A model generated the notes under the pieces. That model did no database searches. It saw nothing but the letters and a program-made list of their open reading frames with translations, and was not told where the DNA came from. A stretch of 61,651 bases of DNA, filler included. It is 4 parts of 4 records of this genome, joined end to end, with 100 filler letters (N's around TTAATTAATTAA, not from the genome) between each part and the next. Parts side by side here need not be neighbours in the genome. Positions count along the whole stretch, not along the records: positions 1 to 19,455 come from SRR20825006_920; positions 19,556 to 32,116 come from SRR20825006_922; 2 more parts are not named here. One strand, given 5' to 3'. The position numbers and the translations under genes are program-made. Positions within the stretch are counted from its first letter, which is position 1. Each line of letters starts with the position of its first letter. This document shows positions 19,026-28,682 of the stretch, in pieces.

Positions 19026-19230
19026 CTCTCTTCCTCCTGAAAGAGTTGGATTCTTATTGAATCCGATATAAGCACCTTTTCCTCCCCGAAAAGGTCCCTT
19101 CGAAAACCCCATCTCGGGGAAGCGACAAGATACACAGCACATACGACAGCAATGTTAACGTAGCCTTAGCCAAACTGTCCCGGCATCACGTTCCGTGCCG
19201 CTGATCCCGCCAAATCGCGCGGCATCATGC

Positions 19231-19259
19231 AAAAGGGGACCGGCTGCGCCGATCCCCTT
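19231..19259 (-). terminator. Terminator after rpmA
   Basis: AAGGGGACCGGC-TGC-GCCGATCCCCTT stem, with a T-run following on the minus strand. Confidence 0.7.
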
Positions 19260-19286
19260 GATTTTTTCAAACCCGTATCGGACGGC

Positions 19287-19455
19287 TTATTCAGCGGCCT
19301 CCGCCACTGGAAGAACCGATACAAAAGTGCGTTTTTTCAGGCCCTTGTGAAAGGTCACTTTGCCATCGGTGGTCGCAAAAATGGTGTGATCTTTGCCAAG
19401 ACCCACGCCTTCGCCCGGCCAGAATTTGGTGCCGCGCTGACGCACGATGATGTTG
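19287..19455 (-). CDS. rpmA: 50S ribosomal protein L27 (3' part; truncated by contig end; not in the ORF track)
   Basis: Hand translation [55 protein letters not shown]. Confidence 0.96.
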
Positions 19456-19555
19456 NNNNNNNNNNNNNNNNNNNNNNNNNNNNNNNNNNNNNNNNNNNNT
19501 TAATTAATTAANNNNNNNNNNNNNNNNNNNNNNNNNNNNNNNNNNNNNNNNNNNN
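19456..19555. other. Artificial contig linker
   Basis: 44 N + TTAATTAATTAA (stops in all six frames) + 44 N. Confidence 0.99.
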
Positions 19556-20633
19556 CAGTAAATACTTGAGGGATTTCCTCTGGATTCCCAACGTGCTTTT
19601 GTAAAAGTTTCCGTTGATCCTGAATGATTTGATTGAGAATATTCGCGGCGTCTTCCGTGCTTTTTGCGCCCGCCATTCCGCTGTCGTGTACGCCACGCAT
19701 ACCCACGGTGTAAATTCCGTTGGCGTTTTGAGCTTCTTCTACGCGATCTTCCCAATACTTAAGCACTTTTTCTTTATTGCTGAAATAGTTAAAATCACCC
19801 ATCGCCTCGTGATCCCATTCGTCAACATTGTTGCGTAGCATCGGCTCGGCGTGTGAAGAGCCTAAAACGATCTCATAGTTTTCGGCCATTTTTAGATTAC
19901 CCGGATAGTGAAAAAAGGCTTTGGTGCTGGGGTGCATCGCCGGCCAGATGGCATTAGCTTTTAGACGCAATAGCAATTCAAAGATCTTGGCGTAGGTTTT
20001 AGGACCTATATCACCGGTTTCGGGTTCAAAGGTATGCTCGGCCCAAGGTTGCAAACCCCAATCTTCATCGTTAAGAAAAATTCCACGGTATTTCACTTTC
20101 GGACTTTTAGACTGAAACGAATTGATCTCAAGGATTAATTCTTTTTGTTTGGTTGGCACTACATCAGCCCACCAGTACCAGGGAGAAATGCCAATTTTTT
20201 CTGAAATGTCAAACACGCCGTAAGCGGTTCCGCGGGCATCTGCGCCTGCAATAACCAAAGCATTTTTGATTGGGCTAGTTTTTGGTTTTACAAGTTCAAG
20301 GGTATAGCTTTCCCAACTTTCTTGTTTGGGGTTGGTTGCTTCTGAAAAGCTTTGAATCAAATCTGAGACTTGATTTCCGATAACGATTGCGTTTCCAGAT
20401 ACCGAATTTATATCAGTAGTGACTTTTGGTAAATAGCCACTTACGCGCTCAATATCTTTAGCGAGTAAATGTGCAGCAATAGAATCAAGTGCAACCCCTT
20501 CTTTATCATAAACAATACTCACTTTTTGACGGTCTGTTACCAGCTCAAACTGATTTGTAGCTTGTGAGCAGGCGGCAGTGATCTGCAACATACAGAGGGA
20601 AAAAGCAATGTGGCGTAGAATGTTCAATTTCAT
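19556..20633 (-). CDS. Glycoside hydrolase family 115 (alpha-glucuronidase-like), 3'-truncated at contig end
   Basis: GADARGTAYG..ISEKIGISPWYWWADV, YRGIFLNDEDWGL, WPAMH, GSSHAEPMLRNN, GMRGVHD. Confidence 0.88.
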
Positions 20634-20634
20634 A

Positions 20635-22122
20635 TTAATCTTCGTCATTTGCGATGTATAAGGATTTAGGGAATTCAACGCCCGGCGCATTTTCAATAGT
20701 TAGCATAGAACCATCGTTGATATTGAGGCTCACATTTTTCAGAGTCCAATCTTTACTATAAGTTATTTGACCGGCTTCTTGTGCAGCAATATGTACATCA
20801 GTAAGTTGAATATTGCTTACAGTGGAAGTTTCCATTCCGTTTACATAGATCGCACGTTTGGCACCTTGAACCTCAATGTTTGAAATGCTAATATCTTTAA
20901 TCGTTGGGATTCCTTTTTCGGGCGGAGTAACTTCTTTAAGTAGGGTTTTCCAGCGTTTAGGGATGGAATCGTAATCATAGCCTTCGGGCAATTTGGAGTA
21001 GCTGTACGAAGGATTCCAGTTCATCGAAACTTCCATAAAAGTCCCTACGCTATCCATCTTGATATTTTGCATATGAATGTCTTCAACGGTTCCGCCACGG
21101 TTGGTTGCTGATTTTATTTTGAGTCCGGTTTTGGTTCCTTTTCCTTGAATATTAGAAACAAAAACGTGCCGAATATCTCCACTTGTCTCGCTACCAATGG
21201 TCGTTAGGCCAGATCCTGCAAGGGCGATACAATCCCGGATCACCACATATTCGGTAGGACGATCAACTCGTAGTCCGTCCCAATCGCGTCCTGCTTTTAG
21301 ACAGAAGTTATCGTCATTACAATCGATATCGCAGTTTTGCACTAAAATGTATTTTGAGCTGTCAATATCGATCCCGTCTGTACTGGGACCGTGACCGCCA
21401 ATATTGTTGCGAATGGTTAAGCCGTCTACAGTAATGTGGTTAGAGTAGAGTACTTGCACCGTCCAAAAACCCGCACGCTGAATGTTGAGGTCTTTCAGAA
21501 ATACATTTTTGGCATTTTGAAGGAGGAAGGTGCGTGGGCGTTTGGCATCATAATCTACGATCCAGCGTAACCCTTTGGGTTCATATTCTTCGCGTAAGTT
21601 CCAATAATAATCCCAATAGACTTTTCCCTGGCCGTCCACCTGTCCTTCACCATCAATTGTTACGTTTTTTTGATCTAAAACGTTGATGAGTGCGGCAGGC
21701 CATTTCATTTCGATACCGGCAACGCGGGTATCGATCTCAGGATAATTTTCAATAGACTCGCTACCCAAAATTTTCACCCCTTCCGGAATATTGAAGTGTA
21801 CATTTTCTTTGATAAAAATAGAACCGCTTAGATAGGTTCCCGGTTTGAACGTGACGGTTCCGCCTCCGTTTACCGCTGCAGCATCAATCGCTTTTTGAAT
21901 AGCAGTAGTAGTTAATGCGCTTCCGTCTGCAATGGCATCGTAGTCATTTACATAGAAAACTTTTTTATTGAATTCGATCTCCTCAGCGCCTACTTCACTG
22001 ATCCACTCAGGTGTAGAAGTTTTACTTTCAGAACTATTTTTAGAAGCCTTAGGCTCTTTACAAGAAAAAAGCAGCAGGAAGGTAATTAGCGAAAGTAAGG
22101 GCGTGGAATTTATGTTCATCAT
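20635..22122 (-). CDS. Glycoside hydrolase family 28 (polygalacturonase-like) lipoprotein
   Basis: Lipobox LLFSC; PSTDGIDID, CNDDNFCLKAGRD, IGSETSG, KIKS beta-helix motifs. Confidence 0.9.
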   Translation of the reverse strand: MMNINSTPLLSLITFLLLFSCKEPKASKNSSESKTSTPEWISEVGAEEIEFNKKVFYVNDYDAIADGSALTTTAIQKAIDAAAVNGGGTVTFKPGTYLSGSIFIKENVHFNIPEGVKILGSESIENYPEIDTRVAGIEMKWPAALINVLDQKNVTIDGEGQVDGQGKVYWDYYWNLREEYEPKGLRWIVDYDAKRPRTFLLQNAKNVFLKDLNIQRAGFWTVQVLYSNHITVDGLTIRNNIGGHGPSTDGIDIDSSKYILVQNCDIDCNDDNFCLKAGRDWDGLRVDRPTEYVVIRDCIALAGSGLTTIGSETSGDIRHVFVSNIQGKGTKTGLKIKSATNRGGTVEDIHMQNIKMDSVGTFMEVSMNWNPSYSYSKLPEGYDYDSIPKRWKTLLKEVTPPEKGIPTIKDISISNIEVQGAKRAIYVNGMETSTVSNIQLTDVHIAAQEAGQITYSKDWTLKNVSLNINDGSMLTIENAPGVEFPKSLYIANDED

Positions 22123-22192
22123 GCAATAAAAGTAAAATTAACTGTAAAATATACGTTTTATTGATCTAGAGCATCCTGTCCCTACCTGTTTC

Positions 22193-22227
22193 ATTTCATT
22201 TTATTAAAAAGAAATGGCCGTCAGTTG
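22193..22227. repeat. 35-bp direct repeat, copy 1 (left boundary of the TA module)
   Basis: ATTTCATTTTATTAAAAAGAAATGGCCGTCAGTTG; 34/35 identical to 23178-23212. Confidence 0.92.
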
Positions 22228-22298
22228 AATAAGTATTTTATTTTTTTAAGATACGATTTAGTTTAGAGTAGAAGAAACACGTTATACTCGTGTAAACC

Positions 22299-22721
22299 TC
22301 AAAGTTTATCGCTCATTTTAAGAAAATTGAGCGGTGTCATCACGGCGATCGATGCATTTTTATAATCTTTAATATTCCTTGTTATGATTGCATTTAAATC
22401 TTGTATAACCAATGCAGAAGAATATTGAATAGAGTCCTCATAATCTGAAAAATCATTCTTTAAGGCTTGAAGAATCTCTTTTTTAGTTGTACCTATAATT
22501 TCTGTCATTTCGGTAAGCAGTGCCACTACCTCTAGAGTTTTCTTGTGGCCTAGAAAGCGTCTAACTATGTAATAAATATTGTTGATGCTGATTGCAGATA
22601 CGTATAAAGTTAATTTTCCTTGTTCACTCAGTTCAAAGAGTTCACTTGCCGGATTTGCGTGAGGTTCTCGATCGGTAAAAAAGTCAATTATAACGTCTGA
22701 ATCAATAAAGAGTTTATACAT
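22299..22721 (-). CDS. PIN-domain (VapC-like) toxin
   Basis: FIDSDVIIDFF, DYEDSIQ, IITRNIKDY acidic PIN motifs; overlaps the upstream antitoxin. Confidence 0.88.
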   Translation of the reverse strand: MYKLFIDSDVIIDFFTDREPHANPASELFELSEQGKLTLYVSAISINNIYYIVRRFLGHKKTLEVVALLTEMTEIIGTTKKEILQALKNDFSDYEDSIQYSSALVIQDLNAIITRNIKDYKNASIAVMTPLNFLKMSDKL

Positions 22722-22968
22722 CGTATTTTTTTGATAATTCTTCGGTTAACAGTTTTTTATAGTCAAGATCGTTTTCACTCTTGATAATGCCTCGTAACTT
22801 TTTTACTCGTGGAGATAGTTGATTTTCAGGAATTTCTATTCTTTTAATTGAAAGGAACTTAAAATAATTTTCAACAATTTCGGAAACACTTTGCCCACGT
22901 TCTTTTGCATATTCTTTAGCAATTTTGATAACCTCTTTTTCTATAGTCAGTGTCAATTTAGTATTCAT
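22714..22968 (-). CDS. Antitoxin, DUF6364-like (ribbon-helix-helix type)
   Basis: MNTKLTLTIEKEVIKIAKEYAKERGQSVSEIVENYF...SPRVKKLRGII; upstream of and overlapping the PIN gene. Confidence 0.82.
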   Translation of the reverse strand: MNTKLTLTIEKEVIKIAKEYAKERGQSVSEIVENYFKFLSIKRIEIPENQLSPRVKKLRGIIKSENDLDYKKLLTEELSKKYDV

Positions 22969-22984
22969 AAGACAGTCTTTTTAT

Positions 22985-22992
22985 CAAAGATA
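22985..22992 (-). promoter_or_regulatory. Bacteroidetes -7 promoter element of the TA operon
   Basis: TATCTTTG matches TAnnTTTG, 16 nt upstream of the antitoxin start. Confidence 0.7.
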
Positions 22993-23177
22993 CGTGCTAA
23001 AACTATAAATAACAATACGTGTAGATGCTAAAATGAAATGAAGTTTCTCATTTATAGTGTATTATTCGCTTTCTATTAATTTTTCACTGTATTGATAAAT
23101 TCTTAGGCATAATGGCATGAGGCTTCCTCGATTAAACGTATTTAACGTGTGCATCATAGTACTGCTAGATATAGTTT

Positions 23178-23212
23178 ATTTCATTTTACTAAAAAGAAAT
23201 GGCCGTCAGTTG
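23178..23212. repeat. 35-bp direct repeat, copy 2 (right boundary of the TA module)
   Basis: ATTTCATTTTACTAAAAAGAAATGGCCGTCAGTTG; overlaps the terminator at 23191-23230. Confidence 0.92.
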
Positions 23213-23230
23213 CGAGCTTGACGACCATTT
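23191..23230 (-). terminator. Terminator of the rhamnose operon
   Basis: AAATGGCCGTCA...TGACGACCATTT stem, with CTTTTT following on the minus strand. Confidence 0.7.
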
Positions 23231-23327
23231 ACACACACAAATAATTATTGTTTACGCTTTATGAGCAGCGTTAAGAGGTTTAATACTCCAAGGCTTGACC
23301 TGAGGGAGTTTATCTAAGTGTACTAGT

Positions 23328-24755
23328 TTACGTGCTCAACGGAGCAGCTTTAGTTTGATAAAATTTACTGAAAATTAAAAACAGGATTCCGCAGCTTATC
23401 CAGGCCGGTAAGGTTAGGAAGGATAAGAATACATCATACTGCACGGAGATAAAATAAAATACTCCAAAGCTTAACGCCCAAGCGCCGAATACCGCCCAAT
23501 TGAATTTTACTCCTGTTTTTTCAGCATAAAATGGTTGAATTCCTGCAGTTTTTCCAAAGAAATGATCGAATACGATTATTGCTCCAATAGGGGCAAGAAT
23601 GAATCCGTAAAGTGCCACGAAGCCTAATAATTTCATCGCAAAAGCAGGGAATAAACCTGCTATTGTGGCCACAGATCCTGCAAGAATGGTAACCCAAAAT
23701 GTAGAAACTTTAGGCATAATGGCTTGAAATGCAAGACCGGCGCGATAGATCGTTGGATTTGCAGTCGTCCACCCCGCAAGGATCACAGCAATGATTCCAA
23801 AAATACCAATAGCGTTATTTGCTAAAGGACCGGGAGCTACCGATGGTGCTTCGCCACCTGCCAGCATTGCTTGTGCTTCGGGAGATTTAAGATATACCGC
23901 ATATAACAAGGCTGCTGAAATCCATGCAACATAATGCCCGATGTAGATTCCACCGGCGGTCGTCCAGCCTGCGCTTGGTTTTTTCGCAAAGCGGAACACA
24001 GAGAGGTCAGACATCCCAATGTGCATCGCAGCATTGGCAAACCACGACCATAATACAACGTGCCAGAACGTATATTTTATTTGTCCCGGAAAAGGTTCAC
24101 TACCTTCTCCCCAAATATTCCAAAAGTCTGTAAAACTGTGTACATCTAACTGAATCAACGCCACCACGCCACAAGCGATAAACGCCAGCACAATCACCGG
24201 AGACATCCAGTTTGCGGCTTTTGCTACGGTTTGATATCCTTTTGCAGCAATTATGGAAATCACAGCACCAATGGTGATCACAATGATCACCCAGGTAAGA
24301 CTGTTAGGAGTGGTATCGGTGAGTTTGGGCATTTCCATATCAAAAGGAATACCCACAGCTGTTGCAGAAACTGTGATCATCGCCCCGGCAAGGAAACAGA
24401 AAAGTACACCGTTAGCGAGATTGTAAGCGGTTACTAAGCGTTTTCCGCAGATTTTTTCCAAATGAAAATACAGCGTATATCGAAACTTGGTTCCGATCTC
24501 TGCCGTTAAAAAACGCCAACTCAAAACCGCCATTAAGTTCCCAATGAGCAATCCAACGATAAGGTCAAAAGCGCTTACTCCCGTAGTAAGGAATAACGGA
24601 CCGATTACAAATTCGGTTCCTGCAGCGTGCTCTCCGGCGTACATACCTAAAAATGCCTTCCAACTTTGTAGTCTGGATTGAGGCACCGCCTGGCGTTCAA
24701 ATTCACCACCGGCGATTTCCTCTATAGTTTCTTCTTCTTGATTGTATTGCGACAT
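23328..24755 (-). CDS. NCS1 / purine-cytosine permease family transporter
   Basis: About 12 hydrophobic segments; EFERQAVP N-terminus, GLLIGNLMA, AGWTTANPTIYRAGLA, APIGAIIVFDHF. Confidence 0.75.
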   Translation of the reverse strand: MSQYNQEEETIEEIAGGEFERQAVPQSRLQSWKAFLGMYAGEHAAGTEFVIGPLFLTTGVSAFDLIVGLLIGNLMAVLSWRFLTAEIGTKFRYTLYFHLEKICGKRLVTAYNLANGVLFCFLAGAMITVSATAVGIPFDMEMPKLTDTTPNSLTWVIIVITIGAVISIIAAKGYQTVAKAANWMSPVIVLAFIACGVVALIQLDVHSFTDFWNIWGEGSEPFPGQIKYTFWHVVLWSWFANAAMHIGMSDLSVFRFAKKPSAGWTTAGGIYIGHYVAWISAALLYAVYLKSPEAQAMLAGGEAPSVAPGPLANNAIGIFGIIAVILAGWTTANPTIYRAGLAFQAIMPKVSTFWVTILAGSVATIAGLFPAFAMKLLGFVALYGFILAPIGAIIVFDHFFGKTAGIQPFYAEKTGVKFNWAVFGAWALSFGVFYFISVQYDVFLSFLTLPAWISCGILFLIFSKFYQTKAAPLST

Positions 24756-24757
24756 AG

Positions 24758-25909
24758 TTAGGAGGTTATTAAATGTTTGGGTAGATCTTCAACGCGCTCA
24801 CACACCAATTGATCCATCACTTGTTTGAATTGAGTTTTGAGCATCCCGATGGTGTGATCTCCACCTTTGTTACCTAGAGCACCACAGCCGTACATAAAAG
24901 AGCGCCCCATAAAGGTGAATTTTGCACCACAAGCCATCGCACGTGCGATATCTGGCCCTGAGCGTAAACCGCTGTCCATCATTACTTCAATTTGATCCCC
25001 GTAAGTGGCTGCGATTTCTTTTAATGAATTGATGGTAGATTGAGCAGCATCTAGTTGGCGGCCACCGTGATTAGAAACAATGATTCCGTCAAAGCCCATT
25101 CTTATAGCATCTTGAGTGTCTTGTAACGACTGTACACCTTTGAGTACTAATTTTCCCTTCCAGCGATCGCGGATGGGTTTTATTTTTTCTTCATTGAGTT
25201 TTCCTGAAAAGGTACGGTCCATAAACGCGCCGAGTTGTTTCAGATTTAAACCTTCCGGCGTATATGGTTTTAAGTTTTCAAAGGTGGGTTGACCGTATTT
25301 AAGCGTGTTAAACGCCCAAGTAGGTTTACCCAAAATCTGCATAATATTTTTGGCAGACATTTTTGGCGGAAGTGCGAGTCCGTTTCTAAAATCTCGTGGT
25401 CGGTAGCCAAAAGTAGGTACATCACACAGCAGCACTAAAACCGGACAACCGGCAGCTTCGGCTCGATCTATAATGTCGTTGCGCACCGTATCTTCAACAG
25501 GATTATACAACTGAAACCACGCATTTCCTTCGGTAAGTTCGCTGGCCTTTTCAATATTCATTGTGGTCACCGTACTCAAAATAAACGGAATGTTATTTTT
25601 ATGCGCTGCTTTAGCCAAGATCGCTGGCGAATTGGGCCACATAAGTCCTTGTAATCCCACCGGAGCGATACCAAATGGCGCATCAAATTCCATCCCAAGT
25701 ACTTTGGTCTTCGTTGAGCTTTGTCCGTAATTGTTGAGGTAACGCGGCTGTAGTTGTACATCGCGTATTTCTGAAGTGTTGCGTTGTATGCTTACATCTT
25801 CATTACAACCCCCATCCAGATATTCAAAAGCAAAGGCAGGAACGCGCTTTTTTGCTTTGGAGCGTAAATCATCGACTGATGGATATGCAGTGTCAAAGGA
25901 GTTAGCCAT
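24758..25909 (-). CDS. lldD: FMN-dependent alpha-hydroxy acid dehydrogenase (L-lactate dehydrogenase)
   Basis: FEYLDGG, PFGIAPVG, WFQLY, LKGV, VSNHGGRQLD, DSGLRSGPD. Confidence 0.85.
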   Translation of the reverse strand: MANSFDTAYPSVDDLRSKAKKRVPAFAFEYLDGGCNEDVSIQRNTSEIRDVQLQPRYLNNYGQSSTKTKVLGMEFDAPFGIAPVGLQGLMWPNSPAILAKAAHKNNIPFILSTVTTMNIEKASELTEGNAWFQLYNPVEDTVRNDIIDRAEAAGCPVLVLLCDVPTFGYRPRDFRNGLALPPKMSAKNIMQILGKPTWAFNTLKYGQPTFENLKPYTPEGLNLKQLGAFMDRTFSGKLNEEKIKPIRDRWKGKLVLKGVQSLQDTQDAIRMGFDGIIVSNHGGRQLDAAQSTINSLKEIAATYGDQIEVMMDSGLRSGPDIARAMACGAKFTFMGRSFMYGCGALGNKGGDHTIGMLKTQFKQVMDQLVCERVEDLPKHLITS

Positions 25910-25914
25910 AGTGT

Positions 25915-27288
25915 TTATTTAGCGATGAAAGGAATATGCTTTTTCATCGAATAATTTTTCTTTAAAAATTTAGAGTTCAGTTGGGTATCAGAGATACAAA
26001 TTGCTGCGCCTAAGGCAGACCCCAGCGAAGAATCTGTGGTGCGCAATTCCATTGTTCTGAAGTGATGCGATAACAAATGAATATAGATATCGTTATCGCT
26101 GAAACCACCGTCAACAAAGAGTTTTTCGATAGTCATATTCCCTTTAGCGCTTTTGATACTCTCTACTTGAAGCAGCACGAGTTCCATCATTAAATGATGA
26201 TAAGCGTCCTCAAATGAGGTGTAACGCAAATGGGTTTCTTCAGGCATTTCAGGATCGTCAATCGATTCCCATTTAAACAGCTTTTCAAATTCTTTTACGA
26301 TCTCGTAATGAATCTCAGGATCAAATTTTACCGTCTTGTGATAGTCTTTGTCTACGCCGTAGTGCTCAGTGAGCTTTTTTACTTGAATGCTGTATTCATT
26401 ACCCAAGAACAAGCGGGCCGATTTAACCGGTTTTCCATTAATGCGCATATAATTGATACAATCATCTGCGACATCTTTTTTGCTCAAAGTGCGTTCTACA
26501 AACGGATTTAACGCAATACTCCAGGTTCCCGTAGAAATCAAAATAAATTGATTTTTAAGGCTGCGCACATACGGAAGCAAAGCCGCAGAACTGTCATGAA
26601 TACCCACGCCAATTTTAATACGCTTACCGTTATAGTTCATATTGATACTCGTTTCGGTAGAAACGATAGGCGGGAGGATCTGATCTAAGTTTTCGGCATA
26701 CACCCAATCGTGGTAATCTCTTTTTTCAAAATCCCATAGCGAGGTATGACAACCTATACTGGTGTACTCGCTCAGCGGAATTCCTGTAAATACAAAACTT
26801 AAATACTGCGGAAGGTGTAATGAATATCTGATTTTCTTAAAAACTTCCGGCTTGGTATTTTTCAACCAGTAGAGTTGCATTCCGGCATTGAGCATTCCGG
26901 AGCTAGACGAACCTGTTTTCTGATGAAAATCTTCTTCCGGACCGTATTTCTTGTAAAAGCTGTCAATAATTTCCTGCGGAATCGATTTCGTATAATTATA
27001 CAGCGGGAAAATTACATCGCGGTTCTCATCGAGATGTACTAGGCTAGCACCGTATGAAGAAAAGTTGATGGCTTTGATATCATACTTTTCAGTTTTGAGC
27101 ATACGGTCAAAAACCGTTTTTAACCAATCGCTAAGTGCTGAAAGATCTTCTGTAGGATGGCCGTCTTCATCTGTGATTTCATCAAACTGAACGTACTCGC
27201 GATAAACCTCTTGAAATTCAGCATCAAAAAGAAAGAATTTTTTATTGGTTTTCCCTATATCAAATACTGCCGTAACTGTTTTCTTCAT
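25915..27288 (-). CDS. FGGY-family sugar kinase, putative rhamnulokinase
   Basis: VFDIGKTNKK, GIHDSSAAL, STGTW, VDGGFS; operon context. Confidence 0.82.
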   Translation of the reverse strand: MKKTVTAVFDIGKTNKKFFLFDAEFQEVYREYVQFDEITDEDGHPTEDLSALSDWLKTVFDRMLKTEKYDIKAINFSSYGASLVHLDENRDVIFPLYNYTKSIPQEIIDSFYKKYGPEEDFHQKTGSSSSGMLNAGMQLYWLKNTKPEVFKKIRYSLHLPQYLSFVFTGIPLSEYTSIGCHTSLWDFEKRDYHDWVYAENLDQILPPIVSTETSINMNYNGKRIKIGVGIHDSSAALLPYVRSLKNQFILISTGTWSIALNPFVERTLSKKDVADDCINYMRINGKPVKSARLFLGNEYSIQVKKLTEHYGVDKDYHKTVKFDPEIHYEIVKEFEKLFKWESIDDPEMPEETHLRYTSFEDAYHHLMMELVLLQVESIKSAKGNMTIEKLFVDGGFSDNDIYIHLLSHHFRTMELRTTDSSLGSALGAAICISDTQLNSKFLKKNYSMKKHIPFIAK

Positions 27289-27305
27289 CTACTCTTGCTT
27301 GCAGT

Positions 27306-28586
27306 TTATAGCCCTGTCGCTACTGTGTTTTTTCCTCTGGTTTTAATAAGTGCATCACGTACTCCTAGATCGCGGTAGGCCGCAATAGGATTCAGTGCAC
27401 CGCCGGTTTTTAGGCGTGCCTCCTGAACTAATGGTCGTACGTCTGTGCGGTATGCTGTTTGTAAAATCTCCTGACACAAGGTAACGTCGTTATTTTCCTG
27501 AGCCGCTCGTAAAGCATCTTGATCTATTAAGAGGGCTTTAGCGTAGGCTTCTTGAATCGCTTCAAGGGATTGTATCAAATCTTCAAGCGGATCTTTAAGG
27601 TTGTGGCTTGCATCGATCATCCAGCCTAATTCTGGGTTTTGTGGATTGTTCTGCATTCCGTAAACCAATTCGTTAAAGATGAGGAAAAGTGCATACGGTT
27701 TGATACTTCCTACGGTGATATCGTCATCACCATATTTACTGTCATTAAAGTGAAAACCTCCAAGTTTTCCTTTTAGCATTAAGATGGAAACAATTTGTTC
27801 AATATTCGTGTTCGGAAGGTGATGTCCTAAATCTACCAAAGTGTACGCGCGCTCACCGCAGCCGTTGGCAAGCATTAACGAGGTTCCCCAATCTTGAATA
27901 ACGGTACTGTAGAAATAAGGCTCGTAAGGTTTATACTCGATAAACATTTTCCAATCTGCCGGCATATCTTCATAGATCGAGATCAAGCTATTTTGGGTAT
28001 GCGTTAGTGCAGTCTGAAAGTTGTTTTGTCCGGGAAAGGAAGCCCCGTCAGCTAACCATACGGTCAAGCTTTTTGATCCTAATTTATTTCCGATCTCTAC
28101 CACTTCTTTATTGTGTGCAATCGCTTGCTCACGTACCGCTGCACTGGTATTGCTCAGCGAACCGTACTTATAGGTTTCCTTTTGATTTTTTTGATCCTGA
28201 AAGGTGTTGCTGTTTACCGCATCAAACTTGATCTTGTTAAGCGCAGCGAGTTCTTTGATCGCATTGTAATCTTCCGGCACATCCCATGGAATGTGTAATG
28301 AGACAGCTCCTGCCGTTTGTGTTAGCTTATGAATAAGCCCGATGTCTTCAATTTTTTGTTCTAAAGAAGCAGGTTCACCTCCGTAAGAGAATCTTCCAAA
28401 ACGGGTTCCGCCGGCACCTAATGCCCAACTGGGAATCGCCACTTGAAAATCGGCTAGTTTTTTAATAACCTGATCTACATCGACGTTTGATTTCGACAAC
28501 GTTTGAGTTAAGAAATCGAATTGAGATTTATGAGTAGAAAGGTTTTTTGCGTTAAGATCTTGTAGTTGTTGTGTTTCGATATTCAT
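27306..28586 (-). CDS. rhaI: L-rhamnose isomerase (RhaI type, xylose-isomerase-like TIM barrel)
   Basis: PSWALGAGGTRFGRF, SLHIPWD, NSNTFQD, WLADG, EYKPYEP, VDLGHH, GGFHFNDSKYGDDD. Confidence 0.88.
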   Translation of the reverse strand: MNIETQQLQDLNAKNLSTHKSQFDFLTQTLSKSNVDVDQVIKKLADFQVAIPSWALGAGGTRFGRFSYGGEPASLEQKIEDIGLIHKLTQTAGAVSLHIPWDVPEDYNAIKELAALNKIKFDAVNSNTFQDQKNQKETYKYGSLSNTSAAVREQAIAHNKEVVEIGNKLGSKSLTVWLADGASFPGQNNFQTALTHTQNSLISIYEDMPADWKMFIEYKPYEPYFYSTVIQDWGTSLMLANGCGERAYTLVDLGHHLPNTNIEQIVSILMLKGKLGGFHFNDSKYGDDDITVGSIKPYALFLIFNELVYGMQNNPQNPELGWMIDASHNLKDPLEDLIQSLEAIQEAYAKALLIDQDALRAAQENNDVTLCQEILQTAYRTDVRPLVQEARLKTGGALNPIAAYRDLGVRDALIKTRGKNTVATGL

Positions 28587-28617
28587 TGGAAGACAAATTT
28601 GGAGGATATTAAATTAA

Positions 28618-28657
28618 CAGAAACTCCCGAGACTAGAAAAAGAATAAGGAGTTTCTG
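28618..28657. other. Intra-operon stem-loop
   Basis: CAGAAACTCC...GGAGTTTCTG 10-bp inverted repeat between the aldolase and isomerase genes. Confidence 0.5.
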
Positions 28658-28682
28658 ATAATTAAAAACAATTCAATTAAAA

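Noticed and set aside
191..19511. Many long alternative-frame ORFs (e.g. 191-844, 4155-5348, 14450-15655, 16740-17972, 19227-19511)
   Set aside because: Shadow ORFs of real genes (sufB, HD, proA, obgE, rpmA) in GC-rich DNA, with no recognisable motifs.
19455..19556. GC drop suggesting a large Bacteroidetes-to-Roseobacter horizontal transfer
   Set aside because: The change coincides exactly with a linker, and the later contigs contain core genes (dnaA, alaS, der) of another phylum.
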